Positions 33,301 to 40,359 of a DNA stretch of 64,000 bases are shown here, piece by piece. The position numbers and the translations under genes are program-made. Location of the stretch: the NCBI GenBank assembly GCA_016719055.1, contig JADKAW010000018.1, forward strand, positions 2,015-66,014, given 5' to 3'. The notes under the pieces were generated by a model. The model worked only from the letters and a program-made list of their open reading frames with translations. It had not been told where the DNA came from and searched no databases. This stretch comes from Candidatus Rhodoferax mariagerensis. GTDB lineage: Bacteria > Pseudomonadota > Gammaproteobacteria > Burkholderiales > Burkholderiaceae_C. How positions within the stretch are numbered: position 1 is the first letter of the stretch; each line of letters opens with the position of its first letter.

Positions 33301-35729
33301 AGTTTGGACAGGGCCTGAAGAAACTGGGCAGCGACGCCCTGCAGGCGCTGGACCCCACCACGGCCGTGAAGCGCCTGGAGCAAGCCGTGAAACTGCTGCC
33401 AGGTGATGCCGAAATTCGACAAAAACTGCAGCAGGCCCAACAGATGGTGCAGTTGCAAGCGCAGGCACTGCAGTTTCTTGAGGCTGCCAAGGCCAATCTG
33501 GCACGCGGTGTGCCAGCCGACGTGAAAGGGCTGACAGAACTGATCGCCGAGCTGAAAAAGCGTGAAGCTGCCTTTGCCCCGGCCGACCCGCGCCGCCCAC
33601 CGTTTGCCGCCCTAGCCGCCAGCGCGCAGCAAAAGCTGGTGCAGGCACAGCAACAAGCCGCTGCCTGTGAAGCCAAGTGGACCGAGGGCAAAGCCTTGTA
33701 TGACGCGAAAAAAATGCCCGAAGCTCTGGCCAAATTCAAGGAAAACCTGATCTGCGAACCAGGTCGACCCGAACGCCAAGCCTATGTCGGGCAGTTAGAG
33801 CAGGCCATCAAGGCGCAACAAGCCCAGCAAGCCGCTGCCAAACGTCTGCGCGACGAGGGTGCCGCCCTGCAGGCGCAAAACAAGCTGCCAGAGGCACTGG
33901 CCAAATACCGCGAAAGCCTCAAGCTGCTACCAGACCCAGCACTGGCCCAGCACATACAGACCCTGGAGCGCCAGCTACAAGAAGCGCAGCAAAAGGCGGC
34001 CCATGCACAACAGTTGCGTGCTGAAGGCGAGGCCTTGCAACGCCAAAACCACATTCCCGAAGCCATTGCCAAGTACCGTGAAAGTCTGAAGCTCGTGCCT
34101 GATGCCAAGCTGGAACAGCACATTCAGTCCCTGGAGCGCCAGGTACAGCAACAGCAGCAAACTGCTGCACAGGCGCAGAAGCTGCGGGCTGAGGGTGAGG
34201 CCCTGCAACGCCAAAACCACATTCCAGAAGCCATTGCCAAGTACCGCGAAAGCCTCAAACTCGTGCCCGACGCCAAACTTGAGCAGCACATTCAGACCCT
34301 GGAGCACCAGGTGCAACAACAGCAGCAAACTGCAGCCCAAGCGCAAAAGCTGCGGGCTGAGGGTGAGGCATTGCAACGCCAAAACCGCATTCCAGAGGCA
34401 ATTGCCAAGTACCGTGAAAGTCTGAAACTGGTTCCCGATGCCAAGCTGGAGCAACATATTCAAACCTTGGAACAACAAGCGCAACAGCAACAGCAAAACA
34501 CGGCGCAGGCACAAAAACTGCGGGCTGAAGGCGAGGCACTGCAACGACAAAACCGCATTCCGGAAGCGATTGCCAAATACCGCCAAAGCTTGAGTCTGGT
34601 ACCTGATCGCTCGCTGGAGCAGCATATTCAGACCCTTGAGCAGCAAACGCAACAGCAGCAACAAAACATGGCGCAGGCGCAAAGGCTGCGTGCTGAAGGC
34701 GAGGCGTTGCAACGTCAAAACCGCATTCCTGAGGCAATTGCCAAATACCGCCAAAGCCTGAGCCTGGTGCCCGATCGTGCGCTGGAGCAGCACATTCAGA
34801 CGCTGGAACGGATACTGCAGACACCAGCGCCCGTGCCCGCGGTGCCACCCATTGACCATGGCGGGCGCTCATACACCTCGATGGAGCCGGCGCCAGCGCC
34901 CACGCCTCAGGTCAAGCCAGGTACGTTGGTCGATAGCGGCAATGTTTCAGGCGTTTACAACATGCCAACCCGCCCGACCGTGATCCGGCTGGCACAAGAA
35001 ATCGTTCTGACCAGTATCACCAACTACCACTGGAACGACGGCCGTGGCACGTCCCGCACTGGGAGCATCGCCCTGCGCGATGCCAGCGGACGCAGCTATG
35101 GCCCATGGCCAACCAGCGGACGCCCGGGCCAGGGGGGGGTGCCCAATGCCTACTGGACAGCCACGCCCAACGTCAGACTGCCAGCAGGAGACTATGTCGT
35201 GACTGATTCCGACCCCGCCACCTGGTCGCAAAACAGCGGTTCGGACGGCGCGGGGCACACCCGCTTTGACGGCTATCCGACCTCACCCACGAGTGGTGGT
35301 CGGGTGGCCACGGTGCTGCCGACATCACCGCATGCATCGCCGGTGCAGCCCACACCCCAACCGCCGCCGCCAAGTCAGAAACCAGCCAACTTTGATGGCA
35401 GTTATGTAGGTCAATTTGGCGGCGATGGCGGTGGCCCGATTCGTTTTACCGTGCGTGGCGCCAATGTGCAAGGTCAGGTCAACGGCAACATTGACGGCGA
35501 CAAGGTGACAGCCACCTTGTCGGGCACCGTCAGCGCGGCTGGGCAGATCACCATGCAAGTCAAGGGGACGGTGCAGTGGCGACTGTCGTCGCAGTCGCAA
35601 TACAGCGAAACCCCGTTCAACGGCCAGTTGACCGGCACCATTCAGGGCAGCCACGTCAGTGGGCGATGGACTGCCGTCAGCATGGACCAGGACGACAAAC
35701 GCTCTGGCACCTGGACCGCCAGCCGTTAG
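27309..35729 (+). CDS. Giant (2806 aa) secreted multidomain protein: helical N-region, Gly-rich hydrophobic segments, Ig-like domains, Cys modules, TPR-like tandem repeats, beta-rich C-terminus
   Basis: One uninterrupted ORF. AAGAGG lies before the ATG. Signal peptide MKLFGFRTLAQALVSLWLVVAAGLLPAFGAS. The domain calls come from sequence patterns only; I recognise no named family for the first ~1190 aa. Confidence 0.85.
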   Translation: MKLFGFRTLAQALVSLWLVVAAGLLPAFGASNQEFPYPLGEHILASILRHEKHTDASLLLLTQNLKWYEQEKGKLPGPIQDEIQHLRINLAGEVAQSSARQLGEAEAAFAATGSWKPGRDMDIVYMGKNGDAAAQSIARNYEARSANILASAEIDPILKSYSGDVPRSLTANSLAVCTTELPNFGYEDLNKAFNQAKQALARGESKDEIMATLRRDIQQAMANNMNGHFAAQANPDYYAGATGQKWFQDTYLDKPDKMRTFMQNESGNWVLKPGGIQAVPADIVERLGFGSMGGSGVKFSKIASDYALFFSHMHGGPSDNAKYVLRVWKDMGLNAIQDLSAAEVKMLAAAKKIDLKPSQASQELAKIGLSVDDFNANMSRILLNWTESQLVKDMDLLVTELGSSSAKTVDELDKLLRQAKTTMNLNELVAGLDKLKVAPPEVRARLIDRLKAKFGSTPAGVAAINFVMRNLGLLGDSSGELTRRLVIILKDMGKIQPQDADALLRGEPASDAAQAQMKRARQEIAALSSGGMVEFDDALDVDRLMEDWRKAKPDALLQSPSDELKKTLEELRGSVDEARLKELGWADDEIAAHRRVLDRMRKDAMRKLGQKLEPRLVKGGVSLRNFQQKMRELIFSPAYTKFGDASSSVGVFDAVVGVAAGLYSTYDILNNQRLSPADEAQALENAWVTAIPIVGDFAQGLITGGQAFYEGDKGKALEAGLWITIGTMGCVPGGQLPAVILGIGLATKPIVAGSYDARQAQHLVQAWIESGKWSKDKPRKLLGLYDRASGDPEIYLDIKYSELLTDKGKLPYKSTRLGDVSINQSIRDYAEKYVTPQYPAIKSIREALLSVYPDFNDKEWSDEFSASLKIDARGGKGSKILFRSYFQLHGKAMVQTINHLKQWAEDEMRALKDYDSEAARLRDELRTLERALQTGNLVSNADASVEAYSKIVANLWEQESLPLARLRIYEHYVNTYRTIEGKLRRVMDILKEASNPFLPPGWHLTGYPELDRDRVDKLSASMENGRKGVIEDIENTLKEFGIRSTRYDKNNACHKAAFDALAPLRYKYAFIEFQALYFKALAEGSSTWSSAFETAKARYQESRAQVLRNIGSNLQSHPHVMMLMEQKAMTDAFMSFVVAVPYALASTEVGVYQSAARDYELRQYSAGLDYQLAKGRSGKVGRDLADCLQAQLQIDLQLSNPQPEAGTDVTASYRLVKGETHADVVWDWKLEGALVKKTAEPGSLVFTVNGPGKLTVFLRDWYNPNTSKYGKVLAQISADIQPGLPSDVKVFVSGPTQTELGSSVSYFASIDAKPGVAQAMLANAHIEWRLNGDAGAGSDSSFRFSPIRTGSYSVVATAYVMERGKKRVIASSRPVTLQVRDGMDKDKDGAANPDKGKRDGEPDKPKEAPSCSYTYSEWGECSRATKKQTRSVTVTQPAGCVEKAKPVLEQGCTPPPSEEDKKNSYLNCLCRCSSGWAGHIGVWYDPEQKTVPECKSSGPCIGGIGAFGCSSRHFFNSSTECAKGCWEGAYGKGSFDAEKANKMAKEENKKYKKPPTVKINASKNPADFGDIVSLTAQASEGSGGYKWNWGGCAQDAKDNTAKVLNSRSCQACQASVTVTDSDGDSASDNLTIQCTALKVKLTKESPKESRLPVGSSAKFLAEVMSGTQAASGSFSYIWERNPDAVFGDPKNPAYETKGGAQSRNTASFGKLGTIPIWVSVLKEVDGRKMTIGESEQIMMEVVKPKLTLSAEPKDALVGQEIKITVQEEPKMSDDLLSFWWEISGEANNPGPVPNVPNSRAYSFKPKSDKPVTVTVHAKAKDGGDELGVEKITLQAKKPSITVTGPKIAGPAPMIWKEGVGLVSVGQQVVEDQRVEFAVTVSPELKQELRYQWSVKPEGCSLSAPSSKETGITCAKTGGYALTVIVRNSEGAELGSGEGSLNVTVSQSDIKKGKQKDEAAKKLEQARALWSQGKIDEALALLATVASTEPQLAAPVSNQFGQGLKKLGSDALQALDPTTAVKRLEQAVKLLPGDAEIRQKLQQAQQMVQLQAQALQFLEAAKANLARGVPADVKGLTELIAELKKREAAFAPADPRRPPFAALAASAQQKLVQAQQQAAACEAKWTEGKALYDAKKMPEALAKFKENLICEPGRPERQAYVGQLEQAIKAQQAQQAAAKRLRDEGAALQAQNKLPEALAKYRESLKLLPDPALAQHIQTLERQLQEAQQKAAHAQQLRAEGEALQRQNHIPEAIAKYRESLKLVPDAKLEQHIQSLERQVQQQQQTAAQAQKLRAEGEALQRQNHIPEAIAKYRESLKLVPDAKLEQHIQTLEHQVQQQQQTAAQAQKLRAEGEALQRQNRIPEAIAKYRESLKLVPDAKLEQHIQTLEQQAQQQQQNTAQAQKLRAEGEALQRQNRIPEAIAKYRQSLSLVPDRSLEQHIQTLEQQTQQQQQNMAQAQRLRAEGEALQRQNRIPEAIAKYRQSLSLVPDRALEQHIQTLERILQTPAPVPAVPPIDHGGRSYTSMEPAPAPTPQVKPGTLVDSGNVSGVYNMPTRPTVIRLAQEIVLTSITNYHWNDGRGTSRTGSIALRDASGRSYGPWPTSGRPGQGGVPNAYWTATPNVRLPAGDYVVTDSDPATWSQNSGSDGAGHTRFDGYPTSPTSGGRVATVLPTSPHASPVQPTPQPPPPSQKPANFDGSYVGQFGGDGGGPIRFTVRGANVQGQVNGNIDGDKVTATLSGTVSAAGQITMQVKGTVQWRLSSQSQYSETPFNGQLTGTIQGSHVSGRWTAVSMDQDDKRSGTWTASR
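33828..34835 (+). repeat. Six tandem 168-bp (56-aa) coding repeats inside the giant gene
   Basis: Units start at 33828, 33996, 34164, 34332, 34500 and 34668. The consensus is AAQAQKLRAEGEALQRQN(H/R)IPEAIAKYRESLKLVPDAKLEQHIQTLE-Q-QQQQQ. Confidence 0.9.
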
Positions 35730-35756
35730 CACCGTCTTTGCCAGAACCGCAGTGGC

Positions 35757-36827
35757 TTAAGACAAGCGCAAACCGGTCTGCTCGTCAAACCAGTTGTTGT
35801 GGTTGCTGCTTACTGACAGGCCCACGTTGTCGCCCACCTTCACCTGTGTGCTTGGTGGCGTGCGCACGGTGATCAGACCAACACCGGTCTTGATCACCAC
35901 ATAGGTGTCAGCGCCGGTGGGTTCGACCAAGGTGACTTCACCGCGCCAGGTGGCGTCATCCGCCAGGTGGATGTGTTCCGGGCGCTGGCCCAGCGTGACT
36001 TTGCCTTGCACCGGGCAGGGCAGGGTAAGACTGCCATCGTCAAAAGAAAATAGGCCTCCAGCCCCCGTCCCGCTTGCGCTGCCAGCTATAAAGTTCATAG
36101 TTGGCGAGCCAATGAATCCGGCCACATAGGTGTTGGCTGGCAGGCGGTATATCTCGTCGGGCGTGCCAATTTGCTGCAGGATACCGTCTTTCATCACCGC
36201 AATGCGGCTGCCCAGCGTCATGGCCTCGATCTGGTCGTGCGTGACGTACACGCTGGTGATGCCACTGACCTGGTGCAGGCGCTTGATCTCGGCGCGCATC
36301 TCCACGCGCAACTTTGCATCGAGGTTGCTGAGCGGTTCGTCAAACAAAAACAGCTGCGGGTCGCGCGCCAGGGCACGCCCCATGGCGACACGCTGGCGCT
36401 GCCCGCCCGACAACTGCGCCGGGCGGCGGTCCAGCAGGTGCTCGATCTGCAGCATGGCCGCCACTTCGTGGATGCGTTTGTTGCGTACCTCCAGTGGCAC
36501 CTTGCGCATTTCCAGCGCAAAGCCAATGTTGTCAGCCACGCTCATGGTCGGGTACAGCGCGTAGCTCTGGAACACCATGGCAATGTCACGCTGCGCGGGC
36601 GCCACGCCAATCACGTTTTTGCCGGCAATCTTGAGTTCACCCTCGGTCGGGTCTTCGAGGCCGGCAATGATGTTGAGCAGAGTCGATTTGCCACAACCCG
36701 AGGGGCCGACCAGAATCAAAAATTCACCCGGGGCGACTAGGATGTCGATTTTTTTCAGGACTTCGACCGCCTTGTCGGCCTTGCCAAAAACCTTGCGGAT
36801 GCCTGCAATGTGAAGGGATGCTGCCAT
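35757..36827 (-). CDS. Sugar ABC transporter ATP-binding protein (MalK/UgpC-like)
   Basis: Walker A GPSGCGKST, signature LSGGQRQR, Walker B LFLFDEP, and a MalK-type C-terminal domain. Confidence 0.9.
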   Translation of the reverse strand: MAASLHIAGIRKVFGKADKAVEVLKKIDILVAPGEFLILVGPSGCGKSTLLNIIAGLEDPTEGELKIAGKNVIGVAPAQRDIAMVFQSYALYPTMSVADNIGFALEMRKVPLEVRNKRIHEVAAMLQIEHLLDRRPAQLSGGQRQRVAMGRALARDPQLFLFDEPLSNLDAKLRVEMRAEIKRLHQVSGITSVYVTHDQIEAMTLGSRIAVMKDGILQQIGTPDEIYRLPANTYVAGFIGSPTMNFIAGSASGTGAGGLFSFDDGSLTLPCPVQGKVTLGQRPEHIHLADDATWRGEVTLVEPTGADTYVVIKTGVGLITVRTPPSTQVKVGDNVGLSVSSNHNNWFDEQTGLRLS

Positions 36828-36839
36828 GATGTGTCCTTT

Positions 36840-37694
36840 TTATCCTTTGACCGCACCGGCAGTCAGACCTTTGACGAAATACTGCCCCGCCAGCACATAC
36901 ACCAGCATGGTGGGCAGACCGGCGATGATGGCTGCAGCCATGTCGACGTTGTAGTTTTTCACGCTGCTGGTGGTGTTGGCCATGTTGTTCAGCCCCACCG
37001 TGATGGGCTTGCTGTCGGCACCGCTAAAGGCCACGCCAAACAGAAAGTCGTTCCAGATGTTGGTGAACTGCCAGATCAGCGTCACCATCAGAATGGGTGT
37101 GCTCATCGGGATGACAATGCGGTAGAAAATGCGCCAGAAACCAGCACCATCCATGCGCGCTGCGTTCACCAACTCGCGTGGAATGGCGGTGTAGTAGTTT
37201 CTGAAAAACAGCGTGGTGCCGGCCATCCCCGCCAGGCAGTGCACCAGCACCAGTCCGGCAATCGAACTGCTCAAGCCCAGAAAACCCAGCACCTGGCTCA
37301 TCGGCAGCAGCACCACCTGAAACGGCATGAAAACACCAAACAGGATAAAGCCAAACAACAGGTCACTGCCCTTGAACTTCCACATGCTCAAGACGTAACC
37401 GTTGACGGCTCCCCAGGCGGTCGAAATCAGCACCGCGGGCACGGCCATCATCACCGAGTTCCAGAAATAGGGTTTGAGCCCCCGGCAGTCCACCCCGGTG
37501 CACGCGGTGGACCAGGCCAGCGTCCATGACTCAAAATTGAGCGAGGTCGGCAGGCTCAGCAGGTTGCCCGAGCGGATTTGCTCGGCGTCCTTGAAACTGG
37601 TGGCCAGCATCACATACAGCGGTGCCAGAAAGAAAAAGGCCGCAATCAGCAGCACGCCGTAGACGGCTGCGCGGGAAAGTGTTTTGGCGCTCAT
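36840..37694 (-). CDS. Carbohydrate ABC transporter permease
   Basis: 284 aa with six TM helices and the EAA-like loop ARMDGAGFWRIFYRIVIP. Confidence 0.85.
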   Translation of the reverse strand: MSAKTLSRAAVYGVLLIAAFFFLAPLYVMLATSFKDAEQIRSGNLLSLPTSLNFESWTLAWSTACTGVDCRGLKPYFWNSVMMAVPAVLISTAWGAVNGYVLSMWKFKGSDLLFGFILFGVFMPFQVVLLPMSQVLGFLGLSSSIAGLVLVHCLAGMAGTTLFFRNYYTAIPRELVNAARMDGAGFWRIFYRIVIPMSTPILMVTLIWQFTNIWNDFLFGVAFSGADSKPITVGLNNMANTTSSVKNYNVDMAAAIIAGLPTMLVYVLAGQYFVKGLTAGAVKG

Positions 37695-37712
37695 GGATGT
37701 GTTTCCTTGTGC

Positions 37713-38591
37713 TTAACGCTCGTGCGGTTTGGCGCGCAACTCGCTGTACAGATAGGGCACCACCAAAGACGCCACAAACGCCAGCATCATGGTGGCACTC
37801 GCGGCCCCCAGACCAATCTGGCCCCGGGTAAAGCTCATGGTGAACATGAAGGTGGCCGGCACGTCTGACGCATAGCCCGGCCCACCAGCGGTGAGTGCCA
37901 TCACCAGGTCGAACGCCTTGATCGACAAGTGCGACAACACCAGAATGGTTGAAAACACAACCGGCCGCAGCACCGGCAAGATGATGCGCCAGTAAATACG
38001 CGGTAGAGAAGCCCCGTCCATTTGCGCCGCCTTGATGATGCTGTCGTCAATGCCTCGCAAACCCGCCAGAAACAGCGCCATGGCAAACCCGGCAGACTGC
38101 CACACGCCGGCGATCACCACGCAATAGATGGCGGTATCACTTTGCACCAGCCAGTCAAAGCTGAAACTGGCCCAACCCAGGTCATGCATGAGTTTTTCAA
38201 GACCCAGGCTGGGGTTCAAAATCCATTTCCAGGCGGTGCCTGTGACGATGAACGACAAGGCCATGGGGTAGAGGTAAACCGTGCGCAAAAAGCCTTCGCC
38301 GCGAATTTTCTGGTCCAGAAAAATCGCCAGCAGCATGCCCAGCAGCATGGAGCCGCCGACATACAAGATGCTGAAAATCCCGAGGTTTTTCAACGCGATG
38401 TACCAGCGGTCCATCTCCCACAGGCGGACATATTGCTCCAGTCCGACAAATTCGTCGTAGTTGGGCAACATGCGTGAATTGGTGACGGAAAGCACCCCGT
38501 TCCAGATCATCAAGCCGTAGATGAACGCAAAGCCGAGGACAAAACCTGGGGCGATCACCAGCTTGGGTAACACGTTTTCAAAGGATTTCAT
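37713..38591 (-). CDS. Carbohydrate ABC transporter permease
   Basis: 292 aa with the EAA-like loop AQMDGASLPRIYWRIILP. Confidence 0.85.
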   Translation of the reverse strand: MKSFENVLPKLVIAPGFVLGFAFIYGLMIWNGVLSVTNSRMLPNYDEFVGLEQYVRLWEMDRWYIALKNLGIFSILYVGGSMLLGMLLAIFLDQKIRGEGFLRTVYLYPMALSFIVTGTAWKWILNPSLGLEKLMHDLGWASFSFDWLVQSDTAIYCVVIAGVWQSAGFAMALFLAGLRGIDDSIIKAAQMDGASLPRIYWRIILPVLRPVVFSTILVLSHLSIKAFDLVMALTAGGPGYASDVPATFMFTMSFTRGQIGLGAASATMMLAFVASLVVPYLYSELRAKPHER

Positions 38592-38825
38592 AGACCTTTT
38601 GCCTTTGAGTTAGTCATCGAGCCGTTGTTGTGACTCGTTGAAGAAATACCTGCATGTTGACCCGACCAGGCGGCGCGGGTATTCCACTGCGTTCGTGTCC
38701 CCCGAAAAAAAGCCTTCAGCTTTCTTTCTCCTCCTTGACCTCACTTCGTGAAACACCCACCCCACCAGGTCTAGACTCAGCGCATCGTTTCAGTGCTGAA
38801 GGACACAGCGTCTAGCAGTTGGGTT

Positions 38826-38895
38826 GGGGTGTGACCCAAAGCGAAGTCAAGGAGGAGCCCGCAGGGCGGGGGACATGAGCGGCGGGTCACACCCC
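38826..38895. repeat. REP-like inverted repeat in the SBP-permease intergenic region
   Basis: A perfect 12-bp inverted repeat, GGGGTGTGACCC (38826-38837) and GGGTCACACCCC (38884-38895), with a 46-nt spacer. Confidence 0.5.
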
Positions 38896-39004
38896 AGCCC
38901 TGCTGCGGGTAACCACCACAATCGTCACACATGCCCCCGAACCAGAATCCAGATTTCAACCCGCCCCACACATGAATCCGGGGACAGGTTGCGACCAACC
39001 CAGA

Positions 39005-40255
39005 TTACTTGGTCGCAGCAGCCTTGGCAATGTTCTTCACACCGTCAGCCACCGAAATCTTGTCGTCATTCCAGAACTGGCTGACCGCGTCCTTGATGGC
39101 GCCTTCAGCGGCTGGCTTGATGGCCATGCCGTGGGCCACGGAAGGCAGCAGACCGCCAGACTTGGACGTGTCGACAAAGTCTTTGGTTGACAGCTTGGCG
39201 CAATCGTCAAACTTGGCCATGCTCATGTTCAGACGCACCGGGATAGAGCCCTTGTTCAGGTTGAATACTTCCTGAAACTCGGTACCCATGATGGCGGCTG
39301 CCAGGTCTGCCTGGGCTTTTTGGGCAGCGGCATCTTTCAGCTTGAACATGGCAAACGAGTCCACGTTAAAGGTGTAGGCGTTGGCCGTGCCGGGCGCTGC
39401 GGCGCAAATGTAGTCTTTGCCCGGCACTTTGCCAGCGGCAGTGAACTCACCTTTGGCCCAGTCACCCATAAACTGGAAAGCTGCTTTTTCCTGAATCACC
39501 ATGGCAGTGGCCAGGTTCCAGTCACGCCCTGGGGCGGCAGGGTCGGTATAACTTTTGACCTTGCGGAAAGTTTCCAAGGCCTTGGTCATGGTGGGGCTGG
39601 TCAGCGCGGTCTGGTCCAGCTTGACCAGTGCGTCGTTGTAAAACTTGGCACCACCCACACCCAGCACAACGTCTTCAAAGGTGGTGAAGTCCTGCCAGTT
39701 TTGACCACCATGCGCCACGGCAATCAGGCCGGCTTTTTTGACCTTCTCGGCAGCGGCAAAAAACTCGTCCCAGGTCTTGGGCGCGCCCGCCACACCGGCT
39801 TTTTTCAGCACGGCGCTGTTGGCCCACATCCAGTTGACACGGTGCACATTCACCGGTGCGGCCACGTAGTTGCCTTTGTACTTCATGACATCAGCAACAC
39901 CCTTGGGCAGCAGCTCGTCCCATTTTTCGGCTTTGGCGGTGGCATCCAGGTTGGCCAACACGCCCTCGCTTGCCCATTCTTGGATGGCCGGGCCTTTGAT
40001 CTGGGCCGCCGCCGGGGGGTTGCCAGCCACGACACGGCTCTTGAGTACGGTCATGGCGTTGTCGCCACCACCACCGGCTACTGCGAAATCTTTCCAGGTG
40101 TGGCCCTTGCTTTGCATGATTTTCTTGAGCTCACCGACCGACTTGGCCTCGCCACCGGAGGTCCACCAGTGCAGCACCTCGACCTCGCCAGCCATCGCGG
40201 CAGAACCTGCGACGGCAATTGCCACTGCGCTTGCCAATTGGGAAAGTTTCAACAT
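39005..40255 (-). CDS. Sugar ABC transporter substrate-binding protein (GtsA-like glucose/mannose type)
   Basis: It has a signal peptide. VEVLHWWTSGGEAKSVGELKK...WKDFAVAGGGGDNAMTVLKSRVVAGNPPAAAQIKGPAIQEWA matches my recollection of Pseudomonas GtsA. Confidence 0.8.
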   Translation of the reverse strand: MLKLSQLASAVAIAVAGSAAMAGEVEVLHWWTSGGEAKSVGELKKIMQSKGHTWKDFAVAGGGGDNAMTVLKSRVVAGNPPAAAQIKGPAIQEWASEGVLANLDATAKAEKWDELLPKGVADVMKYKGNYVAAPVNVHRVNWMWANSAVLKKAGVAGAPKTWDEFFAAAEKVKKAGLIAVAHGGQNWQDFTTFEDVVLGVGGAKFYNDALVKLDQTALTSPTMTKALETFRKVKSYTDPAAPGRDWNLATAMVIQEKAAFQFMGDWAKGEFTAAGKVPGKDYICAAAPGTANAYTFNVDSFAMFKLKDAAAQKAQADLAAAIMGTEFQEVFNLNKGSIPVRLNMSMAKFDDCAKLSTKDFVDTSKSGGLLPSVAHGMAIKPAAEGAIKDAVSQFWNDDKISVADGVKNIAKAAATK

Positions 40256-40359
40256 GTGTGATCTCCTGGATGTTGCGTCCCCGAAAATCGCATGGATCGG
40301 GGTGCAGGTTGGATCGCACAGACACCGTGTTGTGCGAATTTTGTGATTATTAATTAATT

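Noticed and set aside
33828-34835. Regular repeats as a possible CRISPR array
   Set aside because: The units are 168 bp, contiguous with no spacers, in-frame and under protein-level conservation. No cas genes are present.
33975-34859. 294-aa minus-strand ORF with striking internal periodicity
   Set aside because: It is the antisense of the 168-bp coding repeats in the giant gene, so the periodicity is inherited. The sense frame has the protein-like conservation pattern.
22960-35756. Mobile-element boundaries (integrase, tRNA, direct repeats) around the caspase cluster
   Set aside because: I recognised none by eye. I therefore make no claim that the cluster is a mobile island. Only the apparently lower GC is noted.
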